Part shown: positions 63,851 through 64,000 of the stretch, in pieces
Layout: each line of letters opens with the position of its first letter
Numbering within the stretch: the first letter of the stretch is position 1
Source of the DNA: Diadema antillarum
Lineage: Eukaryota
Direction: 5' to 3'
Assembly: GCF_040938485.1 (NCBI RefSeq)
Contig: NW_027271136.1
Location: forward strand, 372,001 to 436,000
Length of the DNA: 64,000 bases
Program-made: the position numbers and the translations under genes
The notes under the pieces: model-generated
Seen by the model: only the letters and a program-made list of their open reading frames with translations
Databases searched by the model: none
Told to the model about the DNA's origin: nothing

Positions 63851-64000
63851 GTATTAAAATGGCAGTTTGTCATTGTGGTGGTATCATGCTTCTCCCATTA
63901 TTCCATGTACACCATATGTAGTGAACATTTCTTTACATATCCAGATTGACATAATGAACCCGAAGAAAATTGTGTCCCTCTCCACCTTCCACAACTTACA

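Overview
Eukaryotic, AT-rich, intron-rich animal genomic DNA, so the ORF track is mostly exon fragments or noise. A marine invertebrate deuterostome such as an echinoderm is my inference from repeat style and protein similarity. By walking GT-AG junctions with consistent phase I reconstructed five spliced genes: eEF2K (+, 12 exons, 5' end not found), an orphan 230-aa protein rich in RRxS motifs (-, 3 exons), a TSSK-like kinase (-, 8 exons), hexosaminidase D (-, 14 exons) and mLST8 (+, first 3 coding exons, runs off the window). Non-coding DNA is dense with MITE-like elements of several terminus types, Helentron-like non-autonomous elements, a decayed RTE-type LINE and LINE 3' fragments. The most interesting signal is a candidate cAMP/RFX-wired sperm module at 25.5-40 kb. 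It combines a TSSK-like kinase with Glu at the activation-loop phosphosite, an adjacent orphan with seven PKA/CAMK-type sites, four CRE palindromes in a repeat just upstream of the kinase, and six RFX X-boxes in a 159-bp tandem array. Homology calls come from remembered family motifs; no database search was run.
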